Positions 9,748 to 17,610 of a DNA stretch of 50,790 nt are shown here, piece by piece (positions within the stretch are counted from its first letter, which is position 1; each line of letters begins with the position of its first letter). The notes under the pieces were generated by a model. The model worked only from the letters and a program-made list of their open reading frames with translations, made no database searches and had not been told where the DNA came from. The translations under genes and the position numbers were made by a program. Source of the DNA: Pseudomonadota bacterium (GTDB taxonomy: Bacteria > Pseudomonadota > Gammaproteobacteria > Ga0077536). The stretch is from positions 1-50,790 of the forward strand of contig JBCCEV010000003.1 of NCBI GenBank assembly GCA_039030125.1, in the 5' to 3' direction.

Positions 9748-10493
9748 CGCAGGTGCGCCGCCACGCATTTAATGCCGGGTTTCAAATTGAAGCGCTTCTT
9801 CACGATCCTAAGGCCGTGGCGATTGAGCAATCGCGCGAGCGTGAGGTAGCTGAAGTAATAGAGGTGTTCGGAGGGTTTGATCTCGGACCATTCGCCAAGA
9901 TCCCGGGGTACCCGCCAATGTCCGACGTCCGGGGTACCGATATCAATAATGCCGTCGGGTTTGAGGATCCTTTTCAGCTCTTCGACGAACGCCGGCAATT
10001 CGGGGACGTGCTCGATAACGTCATACATGGAGATCACATCGAAGTGTTGATCGGGAAAATCACAGCTTAAAAGTTGCCCGTGACTCAGGTTGGCCAAACC
10101 CAATGAGTGCTTGCCGTAGTTGATGGCCGCTGCTTCCAGATCGACGCCCCAGGCTTCGAAGCCGGCCTCGGTCGCGGCTTTTACAATGAATCCCGCAGAA
10201 CACCCCACGTCGAGCCAGCGGCCGGTGCGTTCGTACCGGCTTTTGATTCTGGCAACTCTGCCGTGCGCGCGTTTAAGCTTTTTCTCGGCTTTGGCGAGGT
10301 AGGTATCACTATAGGCGGCGTCGTAAGTTTCGCTAACGGCATCGAATCGCGGCCGAGGGTTGATAAGGACCAATGTGCAGCTCTGGCACCTCACGAAAGG
10401 CTCGCCTTGTTTTTCGAACAGGTCGGCGAAATCATCGCCGTCGCAAACGGGACAGCGGATTTTTTCAAAGTTAGCAGTGGCCGATCCGCTCAT
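9744..10493 (-). CDS. Class I SAM-dependent methyltransferase with N-terminal Zn-ribbon
   Basis: CPVC...CQSC, LDVGCSAGF, DVIEHV, LKPDG, EHLYYFS. Confidence 0.88.
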   Translation of the reverse strand: MSGSATANFEKIRCPVCDGDDFADLFEKQGEPFVRCQSCTLVLINPRPRFDAVSETYDAAYSDTYLAKAEKKLKRAHGRVARIKSRYERTGRWLDVGCSAGFIVKAATEAGFEAWGVDLEAAAINYGKHSLGLANLSHGQLLSCDFPDQHFDVISMYDVIEHVPELPAFVEELKRILKPDGIIDIGTPDVGHWRVPRDLGEWSEIKPSEHLYYFSYLTLARLLNRHGLRIVKKRFNLKPGIKCVAAHLR

Positions 10494-11188
10494 TCACCGA
10501 CGCTTTCAATCAACACACCCACCGAACCCCCGCGGGCCGTGAACGCCAGGTAGCGGTATTGGATTTGGTGCGACGCTACGTATTGTTGAAACGCCTTGAA
10601 TTCGTGTGCCTGCCAATTGGGATAATTGAAATACTCATCGAACACGATAACGGTGCCGGGGACAATGCGTTTAGCAAGGTTTGAGAAAATGGTGGCCGTG
10701 GAGGAGTAAAGGTCGCAATCGACGTGAATAAACCGCACCGGATCGTGCTCAGCGACGAGGAATGCCGGTAGAGTTTGGTCGAACAAGCCTTGCTGGAGCT
10801 GCACGTTGGCGGGAACCTTGGGCAAGCCTTCGCGCTTGAATTTACCCTGGGATTCGGTCGTACCCGCCCAATCTTCGGGCAGACCTTCAAAAGTATCGAA
10901 GCCGTAAATTGTCGTGCCCCCAAAGAGTTTGGCCAGCTTGCGGATGCTGCTACCGGTGGCGACGCCGAACTCAAGGCATAGACCATCGCGATTGGTCTGC
11001 TTTGCGCAGTATGCGAACAATTCGTCCTGTCCGCGGCAGATGATCGCCTCTGCCATGCGCGACATCACATAATCCGCCGAGTCCGCGCGCGCCCGGTTTT
11101 GCAGCTCCAGCAACAGGTCTTTGGAATAGAACTTGTGCACAAAGCGCCGATACCAGCGTTCGCGGAGGTTGGCGAAGGGGTTTTTCAT
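10490..11188 (-). CDS. TylF/MycF-like class I SAM-dependent methyltransferase
   Basis: LEFGVATGSS, GFDTFEGLPEDW, HVDCDLYSST, VFDEY; start set at ATG 11188 (MKNPF) rather than the longer ORF. Confidence 0.85.
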   Translation of the reverse strand: MKNPFANLRERWYRRFVHKFYSKDLLLELQNRARADSADYVMSRMAEAIICRGQDELFAYCAKQTNRDGLCLEFGVATGSSIRKLAKLFGGTTIYGFDTFEGLPEDWAGTTESQGKFKREGLPKVPANVQLQQGLFDQTLPAFLVAEHDPVRFIHVDCDLYSSTATIFSNLAKRIVPGTVIVFDEYFNYPNWQAHEFKAFQQYVASHQIQYRYLAFTARGGSVGVLIESVGE

Positions 11189-11297
11189 GGTTTTCCAAGA
11201 CCCGGAATAAGGCGCTATTTTAGCGATATCAAACAGCGCCGCGAGGCTTACTAAGTGATTAGAATAAGTATCTGTGGCGTAGGGGAGGAGACCTAAG

Positions 11298-12230
11298 GTG
11301 GGTATTGAGTTTACCCCTTCGGGAGTAATGACGATCACGACGGACTTCGGTCATCGTGGGCCGTTTGTCGGCACCATGAAAGGCGTGATCCTCAGCCGCG
11401 TACCGAGCACGCAAATCATCGATCTAACCCATGAGGTGTATGTCCATTGGCCGGCCGAGGCGGGATTTTGGCTGCGGCGCGCCTATTGTTATTTCCCCCG
11501 CGGCACCGTCCATTTAGCGGTCGTAGACCCGGGCGTGGGGACGGCCAGGGATATGTTGCTCGTCCTCGCCGACGGCCACGCCTTTATCGCTCCTGATAAT
11601 GGTTTGCTTGGCGAGGTCATTGAAAATTTGGACGGCGCGGTGCTTCGCTTGCAGGGCCGAGCCGTTGACAACCTGAAACTGGATAATGTCAGCGCCACCT
11701 TTCATGGCCGTGATGTGTTTGCGCCAATTGCAGCCGCGCTTGTCGCTGGAGACGCGTCGCCTGCCGACTTGGGCGAGCTTACCGAAGACTATATTCCTTC
11801 AATCGTTGAACCGCCGGAGCGCAGGGGGTCGCAGTGGATAGGGATCGTGATCACGTCTGATAACTTCGGCAATTTGATCACCAATATCGAATCGCAAGCG
11901 CTTGACGGTATGCGCAATCCCGTTGTGAGCGTTGGTGGGCGGGAAATTGCGGTGGCAAGAACGTATGGGGAGGTAACGCCCGGCAATTTTCTCGCATTGG
12001 TCAACTCGTTCGGCGTTGTCGAGATCGCTTGCGCCGAGGGTAGCGCCGCCCATGAACTTGGTATCGCGCGGGGAGCACCGGTAAGCCTCGCTGATGCGGG
12101 GCTAGTCGGAAAGACCAAGAGCCGCCAAGATGAACCAAACAGCGAACGCAGCATTGCCTCTCCCGCCCGGGCCGGCAGGTCTACCAATCCTCGGTTCCTT
12201 ATTATCGATGGGCCAACTCCCGCACCTTAG
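11298..12230 (+). CDS. DUF62 SAM hydrolase (SAM hydroxide adenosyltransferase; fluorinase/chlorinase superfamily)
   Basis: ITTDFG, VVDPGVGTAR, APDNG, SATFHGRDVF, DNFGNLITN. Confidence 0.92.
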   Translation: MGIEFTPSGVMTITTDFGHRGPFVGTMKGVILSRVPSTQIIDLTHEVYVHWPAEAGFWLRRAYCYFPRGTVHLAVVDPGVGTARDMLLVLADGHAFIAPDNGLLGEVIENLDGAVLRLQGRAVDNLKLDNVSATFHGRDVFAPIAAALVAGDASPADLGELTEDYIPSIVEPPERRGSQWIGIVITSDNFGNLITNIESQALDGMRNPVVSVGGREIAVARTYGEVTPGNFLALVNSFGVVEIACAEGSAAHELGIARGAPVSLADAGLVGKTKSRQDEPNSERSIASPARAGRSTNPRFLIIDGPTPAP

Positions 12231-13542
12231 TGTTCACCAAATCACGCGCAAATATGGCGACGTGTGTGGCATAAAGCTCGGTAACGTCTTTACCGTTTTT
12301 ATCTCCCATCCCCAGCTCCTTAATGAAGCGTTCAGCAAAACCACGGTCTCCGATCGGTGGATGGGCGAGATCATGGGCGCGCTATCGGGCGGCGGTGCCG
12401 ATATGGTTTTCATGAATTACGGTGATCAGTGGCGGCAAATGCGACGCTATGCGAACCATGATCTGTTCAACACCAAGCGTCTCGCGCAAATTCGCGTCGA
12501 GCACATGGAGCAGGTGGTTGCGGAATTGGTCGATGACCTCAAACGCTGCGCCGCCGAGCACGAGACCTGCGAGCCGTCGATACTGATCCCGGAGAGTAAC
12601 GCCGAACTTATTTTTCGTTGTTGCTTTGGTTTGCCGCAAGAACGCGAGGAAGGCTTTGCTGAATCGCGCAAAGCGCTTCTCGATATCACTTTCTGGGCAT
12701 TTGAAAACGCCAGCGCCACGAATCCCGCTGACTACCTCCCGCTGTTGTCTTTTTTACCGAACAATGCCGTGGGTAAAGCCCAGGAGGTGGCCGCCGATCG
12801 TGATCGCTTGATCGATGATTTGATCGACACCGTACGGCAACGTCCGGGGCGCAATGCCAACGCGCCAACGTGTTTGCTCGATGTGATGCTCGCTAAACAA
12901 GAATTGGGCGAAGTCGATCAACCGACCGTGCGCTATATGATGGGCGACATGCTGGCAGCCGGTATTGATACAACGGCCCAAACGCTCGCTTGGACCTTGC
13001 TGTTAGTCGCCAATCGGCCTGCCGTACAACAGCGAATCCACGAGGAAATAGATGCCATTGCGCCGGGTGAGGAGCCGCCCGATTATGCCAAGCGCGGCGA
13101 GTTACCTTATCTTGAGGCAGTGCTTCTTGAGAGTATGCGCTATCGCACGATCGGGCCGTTTGCGGTTCCGCATAAGGCCGTCGAGGACACCGAAATCGAC
13201 GGCTTTAGGATCCCCGCCGGCTCGCAAGTATTAGCCAATGTCTATTCAATTCATAACGACCCGCGATTCTGGGATCGCCCTGATCAATTCATTCCACAGC
13301 GTCATATCGGCGTAGAAAAATCAGAACGCAAGAAATATTCGACGCTCGTGCCATTCAGTGTGGGTCGCCGTCAATGTCCGGGTCAGAATTTCGCGATGAT
13401 TTCCATGTGGTTGCATCTAACCCGGATATTCCACGGCTTCCAATTGTCGCCTTCATCGAGCGGGCTGTTGCCCGAAGATGAAGTGTTCGGTCTGACCGTC
13501 TCTCCCAAGCCCTACAAACTCACGGTTACCGCCCGGCACTAA
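12130..13542 (+). CDS. Cytochrome P450 (eukaryote-like E-class)
   Basis: PPGP hinge, I-helix AGIDTT, ExxR (ESMR), PERF-like FIPQRH, heme-binding PFSVGRRQCPG. Confidence 0.95.
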   Translation: MNQTANAALPLPPGPAGLPILGSLLSMGQLPHLSVHQITRKYGDVCGIKLGNVFTVFISHPQLLNEAFSKTTVSDRWMGEIMGALSGGGADMVFMNYGDQWRQMRRYANHDLFNTKRLAQIRVEHMEQVVAELVDDLKRCAAEHETCEPSILIPESNAELIFRCCFGLPQEREEGFAESRKALLDITFWAFENASATNPADYLPLLSFLPNNAVGKAQEVAADRDRLIDDLIDTVRQRPGRNANAPTCLLDVMLAKQELGEVDQPTVRYMMGDMLAAGIDTTAQTLAWTLLLVANRPAVQQRIHEEIDAIAPGEEPPDYAKRGELPYLEAVLLESMRYRTIGPFAVPHKAVEDTEIDGFRIPAGSQVLANVYSIHNDPRFWDRPDQFIPQRHIGVEKSERKKYSTLVPFSVGRRQCPGQNFAMISMWLHLTRIFHGFQLSPSSSGLLPEDEVFGLTVSPKPYKLTVTARH

Positions 13543-14368
13543 TACCGCGGGTATGCGGGCCCAGGGCGCTTAGCAGCAGGCCAACCTTCACGATGTAGTT
13601 GGAGATTAAATGGGGCGCGGCAAACGTTTCGAGGGCTTCGACGACGGCAGGCCTGGAACTGGTCTTGGACGGGATCTCAATGAGGCCAGCCAGCGCTCGG
13701 CCTTGCTGATGAGCGTGGTCTTGCACGGTGGCGATGCAGCTTGCGATCTCGTCGCGATAAGGTCTGAAACCTCGAACAGTTTCGCTAAGGAAGGCCGGCC
13801 AGTGCGCGAGATGCCGCGGTACGCCTGCGATCACCGGGCCAAGCGGGCGGCCGGTCCCAAGCGCCTCTAATGCCCGCGCATCGGCGCGCAGGGCCGCGCT
13901 CATTTTCGATTCAGGGATCAATTCCGGTAGTGTCCCAATGGCCGCCTCGGTGTTTGCCATCGCTGTTGTTTTGGGCGCTGGCGAGGCCGGCTGCCCCTCA
14001 AGGGCCGCGAGCAAGGCGCACAGCGCGATAAGGTTAGCCGGGTTTGTTCTCTGGTAGTTTTTCAGAACGTCTTCGATCCTCAACCACGCTTCGGTATCGA
14101 GGGAGGCCGTATTGAAGTCAATGGAAAACGAGGCCAGTTTCGCCGGCCGCTCGAAATCCCGCACGCTACTCGCCGCAGATCCAAGATAGCCATCGGTATA
14201 CAGTGGCCTTAGGGACTTCCAAACCCAGCCCAAGGCCCCATCGAAGGCCGCCAGATGGCGCCAGATAAGGTTCACCGTGGGCGCGTTCAAGACCGTGCGA
14301 ATATCTTCATACAGCTCGGCGATTTCACCGGCAGCGGCGTCTTCGGTGACGCTCGGAAGTTTATCCAC
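13526..14368 (-). CDS. Hypothetical protein, DehI-like (group I haloacid dehalogenase-like) two-repeat protein
   Basis: Repeat 1 EDAAAGEIAELYEDIR..LNAPTVNLIWRHLA..W..LRP; repeat 2 IPESKM...PRHLAHWPAFL...FRP. Confidence 0.55.
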   Translation of the reverse strand: MDKLPSVTEDAAAGEIAELYEDIRTVLNAPTVNLIWRHLAAFDGALGWVWKSLRPLYTDGYLGSAASSVRDFERPAKLASFSIDFNTASLDTEAWLRIEDVLKNYQRTNPANLIALCALLAALEGQPASPAPKTTAMANTEAAIGTLPELIPESKMSAALRADARALEALGTGRPLGPVIAGVPRHLAHWPAFLSETVRGFRPYRDEIASCIATVQDHAHQQGRALAGLIEIPSKTSSRPAVVEALETFAAPHLISNYIVKVGLLLSALGPHTRGISAGR

Positions 14369-14376
14369 GCGCGTGA

Positions 14377-15252
14377 CTACAACCTTGCAATCACTTCATC
14401 GCCGAGTTTCTTAACGTAGTCACTGATGTCCGATTCTGTAGCGCTCAAGTTGAACAGCTCACCGCCAGTGGTCGGAGACAATGCAATAAGACGCTCGATG
14501 CCCAAGTCTTGATAACGTTTGGCTAAGTCCAAATCGATGTTGCCAAACGGGGTGACGCTGAGCTCAAGCTTGCCCAGGTGCGCGGGGCGGTTGCCGCGGG
14601 CCAAGGCCGCCTCCAAGCCTTGCACGCACTCAGCGGTCGCTTCCGGGGACAGACCAAAGCCGTACCAACCATGACCGTGACTTACCGTTCGTTCAAATGC
14701 GCCCTGGACGTGACCGCCGAAGATCACGGGGGGACCGCCCTTTTGCAATGGTCTGGGCAAGGCTTTCACTCCAGCGAAAGAAACGAAATCGCCGTCGTAG
14801 CTGGGGTCCTCTTCGTTCCAAATGCTTTGCATCGCTTCGAGGTACTCCACAGTACGCGGACCTTTATCTTTAAAAGAAACGCCAAGCGCATCGAATTCCG
14901 CTTTGAGATATCCGATACCAACGCCAAACAGCAGACGGCCACCGCACAATACATCAAGGCTGGCCATCTCCTTGGCAAGCACCAGCGGGTTACGCTGGGG
15001 CAGGATGATGATCCCCGTGCCAAATTTGATTTGCTGGGTCTGAGCAGCCAGCCAGGCAAACGAAATATTGGGATCAAGCATTGGGTAATCTGGTGGTAAT
15101 GGCGAGCCTTCAACTTGCGGATCTGGAAGCACGATGTGTTCACCGGCCCACAATGAATCAAAGCCTGCCGCTTCGGCTATTTTTGCGACGTGGCTGCTCG
15201 CTAACGGATCGCTGAGTGGCCCCATATTGATCCCAAAAAGTCCAAATTCCAA
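14377..15252 (-). CDS. LLM-class (luciferase-like) probably F420-dependent oxidoreductase, Rv2161c-like
   Basis: AEAAGFDSLWAGEH, LPQRNPLVLAKEMASLDVLCGGR..GVGIGYLKAEF; TTG start with GGAGG upstream. Confidence 0.88.
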   Translation of the reverse strand: MEFGLFGINMGPLSDPLASSHVAKIAEAAGFDSLWAGEHIVLPDPQVEGSPLPPDYPMLDPNISFAWLAAQTQQIKFGTGIIILPQRNPLVLAKEMASLDVLCGGRLLFGVGIGYLKAEFDALGVSFKDKGPRTVEYLEAMQSIWNEEDPSYDGDFVSFAGVKALPRPLQKGGPPVIFGGHVQGAFERTVSHGHGWYGFGLSPEATAECVQGLEAALARGNRPAHLGKLELSVTPFGNIDLDLAKRYQDLGIERLIALSPTTGGELFNLSATESDISDYVKKLGDEVIARL

Positions 15253-15320
15253 AAGCTCAACCCTCCATACAGCGTGCTGCCGATTATAGGTAACTCGGGC
15301 TTCGTTCGATTGCGCCAGGC

Positions 15321-15350
15321 AAAAAAAAAGGGCTCCCTGGCAGGAGCCCT
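15321..15350 (-). terminator. Rho-independent terminator
   Basis: Minus strand AGGGCTCC-TGCCAG-GGAGCCC followed by 9 T. Confidence 0.9.
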
Positions 15351-15480
15351 AAATAACTCGTCGCGTAAGCTAAGGGCTGGCTTGATCGCGTCGATTCACT
15401 CCAACGACTTGATTCGCACCGCTCCTAGAAGCGCCGCAAAGAAGTCGTTGAAGCACAGTGCATCGGTTGCGAGATGCACG
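15321..15480 (-). ncRNA. Candidate sigma-54-dependent small RNA (~160 nt)
   Basis: Lies between a -24/-12 promoter and an intrinsic terminator; 5' hairpin GTGCATC-N8-GATGCAC at predicted +1; long stem CTTCAACGACTT...AAGTCGTTGGAG; no credible ORF. Confidence 0.65.
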
Positions 15481-15490
15481 AGTTCGACTA

Positions 15491-15507
15491 AGCAAGCCCG
15501 ATGCCAG
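15491..15507 (-). promoter_or_regulatory. Sigma-54 (-24/-12) promoter
   Basis: Minus strand CTGGCATCGGGCTTGCT: GG-N10-GC, matching the TGGCA...TTGCW consensus. Confidence 0.75.
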
Positions 15508-15580
15508 CTTGGCTATCACGTTGTTTTGTCCGGTTTTTTGTATTTGACGTGCGTTTACCGGCCGGGCATCCGCGAGAAAG

Positions 15581-15640
15581 TGTAAAAATCCTTTAACAAA
15601 ATGCTCATGCTAAGTGCGTGATTTTCTGGCGATTTTTACA
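15581..15640. promoter_or_regulatory. Putative enhancer-binding-protein sites
   Basis: TGTAAA-AATCCT-TTAACA at 15581-15598; TGTAAAAATC (15581-15590) and GATTTTTACA (15631-15640) form a perfect 10-bp inverted repeat 100-160 nt upstream of the predicted start. Confidence 0.5.
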
Positions 15641-16360
15641 CTAATCGGTTGGATTCACGGTGAGTTCGCGCAGATCCAGATAGCTTCCCGAGGGTGCATT
15701 TCTGATGGCACTGAGCGCCTGACCGATCCGCTGGGCGACGATCTCGGGGGGCGGCATGCCGGCGGTTCCCATCGCTTGTTGAAGACGGGCCGTGGACGAG
15801 AACCTCGTTGCATCGACCGTTTTAATGTAGTCCTGCATCGCGGTGTGGATCAGGCCTGGCGCCAATGCGCACAGGTGGGTTGCCGGCAGTTCATCGCGAT
15901 AGAGCTGGGTCAACATATTGAGCGTCGCTTTTGACAGCGCATAACTCCCCCAACCGCGATTTCCATTAACGCCCGCGCCGGAGGACACTAAAACGACTTG
16001 CTCCGGCGGCGTGTCAAGCTGGCACATCCAGTCCAAGATAATTTTGTTCGCCCACACATTAACTTCCATCGCCGCGCGAATATCTTGCAGCGGGGTGTCG
16101 ACCATATCTCTGAACGGCTGCAACACTCCGGCGTTGAGGTACGCCAGATGGATGGTCCCGCGCGATGACTCGATCGTCGAGAGCGTTTTCTCAAGTGCGG
16201 CAGTGTCCGCGAGGTCACATTGCATGCTAATCAACGCATCATCCGTGAGCGCTGGGCGCCGCCGGCTGATCCCCAATACCGCGTCGTCGGTTTCGAGATG
16301 GTAGCGGGCAAGCGCCTCACCAAGGCCACTACTGTGTCCCGTGATCAAGACCTGTCTCAT
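15641..16360 (-). CDS. Short-chain dehydrogenase/reductase (sepiapterin/benzil reductase-like)
   Basis: ITGHSSGLG, NAG, SSGA, YALSK, APGLIHTAMQ. Confidence 0.9.
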   Translation of the reverse strand: MRQVLITGHSSGLGEALARYHLETDDAVLGISRRRPALTDDALISMQCDLADTAALEKTLSTIESSRGTIHLAYLNAGVLQPFRDMVDTPLQDIRAAMEVNVWANKIILDWMCQLDTPPEQVVLVSSGAGVNGNRGWGSYALSKATLNMLTQLYRDELPATHLCALAPGLIHTAMQDYIKTVDATRFSSTARLQQAMGTAGMPPPEIVAQRIGQALSAIRNAPSGSYLDLRELTVNPTD

Positions 16361-16455
16361 CGCCGGATCTCCGTCAGGTTTGAATTACCATAACATCTGC
16401 GGCAACGTCCGCTTGGAACACTCTACAATCGCCTTAAGAATAACGATCTCGTGCT

Positions 16456-17610
16456 ATGGAATTCGATTCGCTTGATGAAAAAACGCTGAGGCTGCGAACC
16501 GGCGAGAAGTGGCAGCAGTATCCGCCGGATGTCTTGCCGGCATGGGTCGCGGATATGGATTTCGAGCCGGCCGAAGCGATCGCGACAGCGTTGCGCGAGC
16601 GCCTCGATAACGCCGATTTGGGCTACCCGCGGGCGTTTCGCGATACCGGATTGGCCGAACTTTTTGTTACCCGCATGGCGGACCGTTTCGCCTGGCACGT
16701 AAAAGCTGGAGACATCACCCCGATCAACGATGTGGTGCAGGGGATCTATCTCGGCTTGTTGAGCATTGCCGAGCGCGGTGATGGCGTGATTATCCAAACA
16801 CCAATCTATCCGCCATTTTTGCGCGCGGCCAAACACACCGAGCGCGCGGCTCTGATTTGTCCACTACGAATGGGCGGGAGTCGCTATGAAATCGATTTCG
16901 ATGACTTGCGCGATGCGGCGCGCAAGGGTGCCCGGGTGTTGTTGTTCTGCAATCCTCACAACCCGACGGGACGGGCCTTTAGCCAACGTGAACTCGAGGA
17001 GTTGGCAAACTTCGCGGTTGAAAATGATCTGTGGGTGATCTCAGATGAGATTCACGCCGATCTAACCCTTGGCGACACCCAGCATATCCCTATCGCGTCG
17101 CTGAACGAACAAATTGCCGAGCGCACAATAACGCTCATGTCGGCGAGCAAAGCCTTTAATATTGCCGGTCTGTGCATGGCTTTCGTGCACTGCCAAGGCG
17201 CGCAGCTCAAGAAACTATTTGCCAGCATTCCAGCCCATACGAGAGGGGGCACCAACGCCCTCTCAATTGCCGCGGTCAGGGCGGCCTGGACGCAAGGCGG
17301 TGCTTGGCAAACCAGCTTACGTGCGCAGTTAACCAGCAACCGCGATACCGTCGCCCGACGTGTCGGTGTTTGGAGCGATTTTCTGCACCAGCCGCCGGAG
17401 GCGACCTATCTGGCCTGGATCGATTGCAATCACACTGCGATCGCGGATAAACCCTATGAGTTTTTTCTGGAAAAGGCGCGGGTTGCACTGAGCGATGGCC
17501 GCGCTTTCGGCCGCGCTGGTGAGGGGTTTGTGCGTCTCAACTTCGCGACCTCAAGCGCGTTGCTCGACGAGATACTTAGCCGCCTGGAAGATGCGATCGC
17601 CGAGATTTAG
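16456..17610 (+). CDS. PLP-dependent MalY/PatB family C-S lyase (cystathionine beta-lyase-like)
   Basis: WVADMDF, CNPHNPTG, SDEIHAD, SASKAFN, EATYLAWID, RLNFAT. Confidence 0.92.
   Translation: MEFDSLDEKTLRLRTGEKWQQYPPDVLPAWVADMDFEPAEAIATALRERLDNADLGYPRAFRDTGLAELFVTRMADRFAWHVKAGDITPINDVVQGIYLGLLSIAERGDGVIIQTPIYPPFLRAAKHTERAALICPLRMGGSRYEIDFDDLRDAARKGARVLLFCNPHNPTGRAFSQRELEELANFAVENDLWVISDEIHADLTLGDTQHIPIASLNEQIAERTITLMSASKAFNIAGLCMAFVHCQGAQLKKLFASIPAHTRGGTNALSIAAVRAAWTQGGAWQTSLRAQLTSNRDTVARRVGVWSDFLHQPPEATYLAWIDCNHTAIADKPYEFFLEKARVALSDGRAFGRAGEGFVRLNFATSSALLDEILSRLEDAIAEI

Noticed and set aside
11298-12230. Fluorinase/chlorinase (halogenase) call for the DUF62 gene, which would suggest a halogenation cluster with the P450 and DehI-like gene
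   Set aside because: It retains the hydrolase-type Asp/Arg/His residues (VVDPGVGTAR, TFHGRD); characterised halogenases have a Tyr-containing motif in place of FHG
12130-13542. P450 as eukaryotic contamination
   Set aside because: Intronless, overlaps bacterial genes at both ends, and shows no obvious compositional break by eye
15395-15428. AGGAG followed by a 7-codon GTG ORF inside the candidate sRNA
   Set aside because: RBS-to-start spacing is only 2 nt and the region is sequestered in a stem
15274-15585. 103-aa plus-strand ORF across the candidate sRNA
   Set aside because: No recognisable motifs; it crosses a terminator and promoter on the opposite strand
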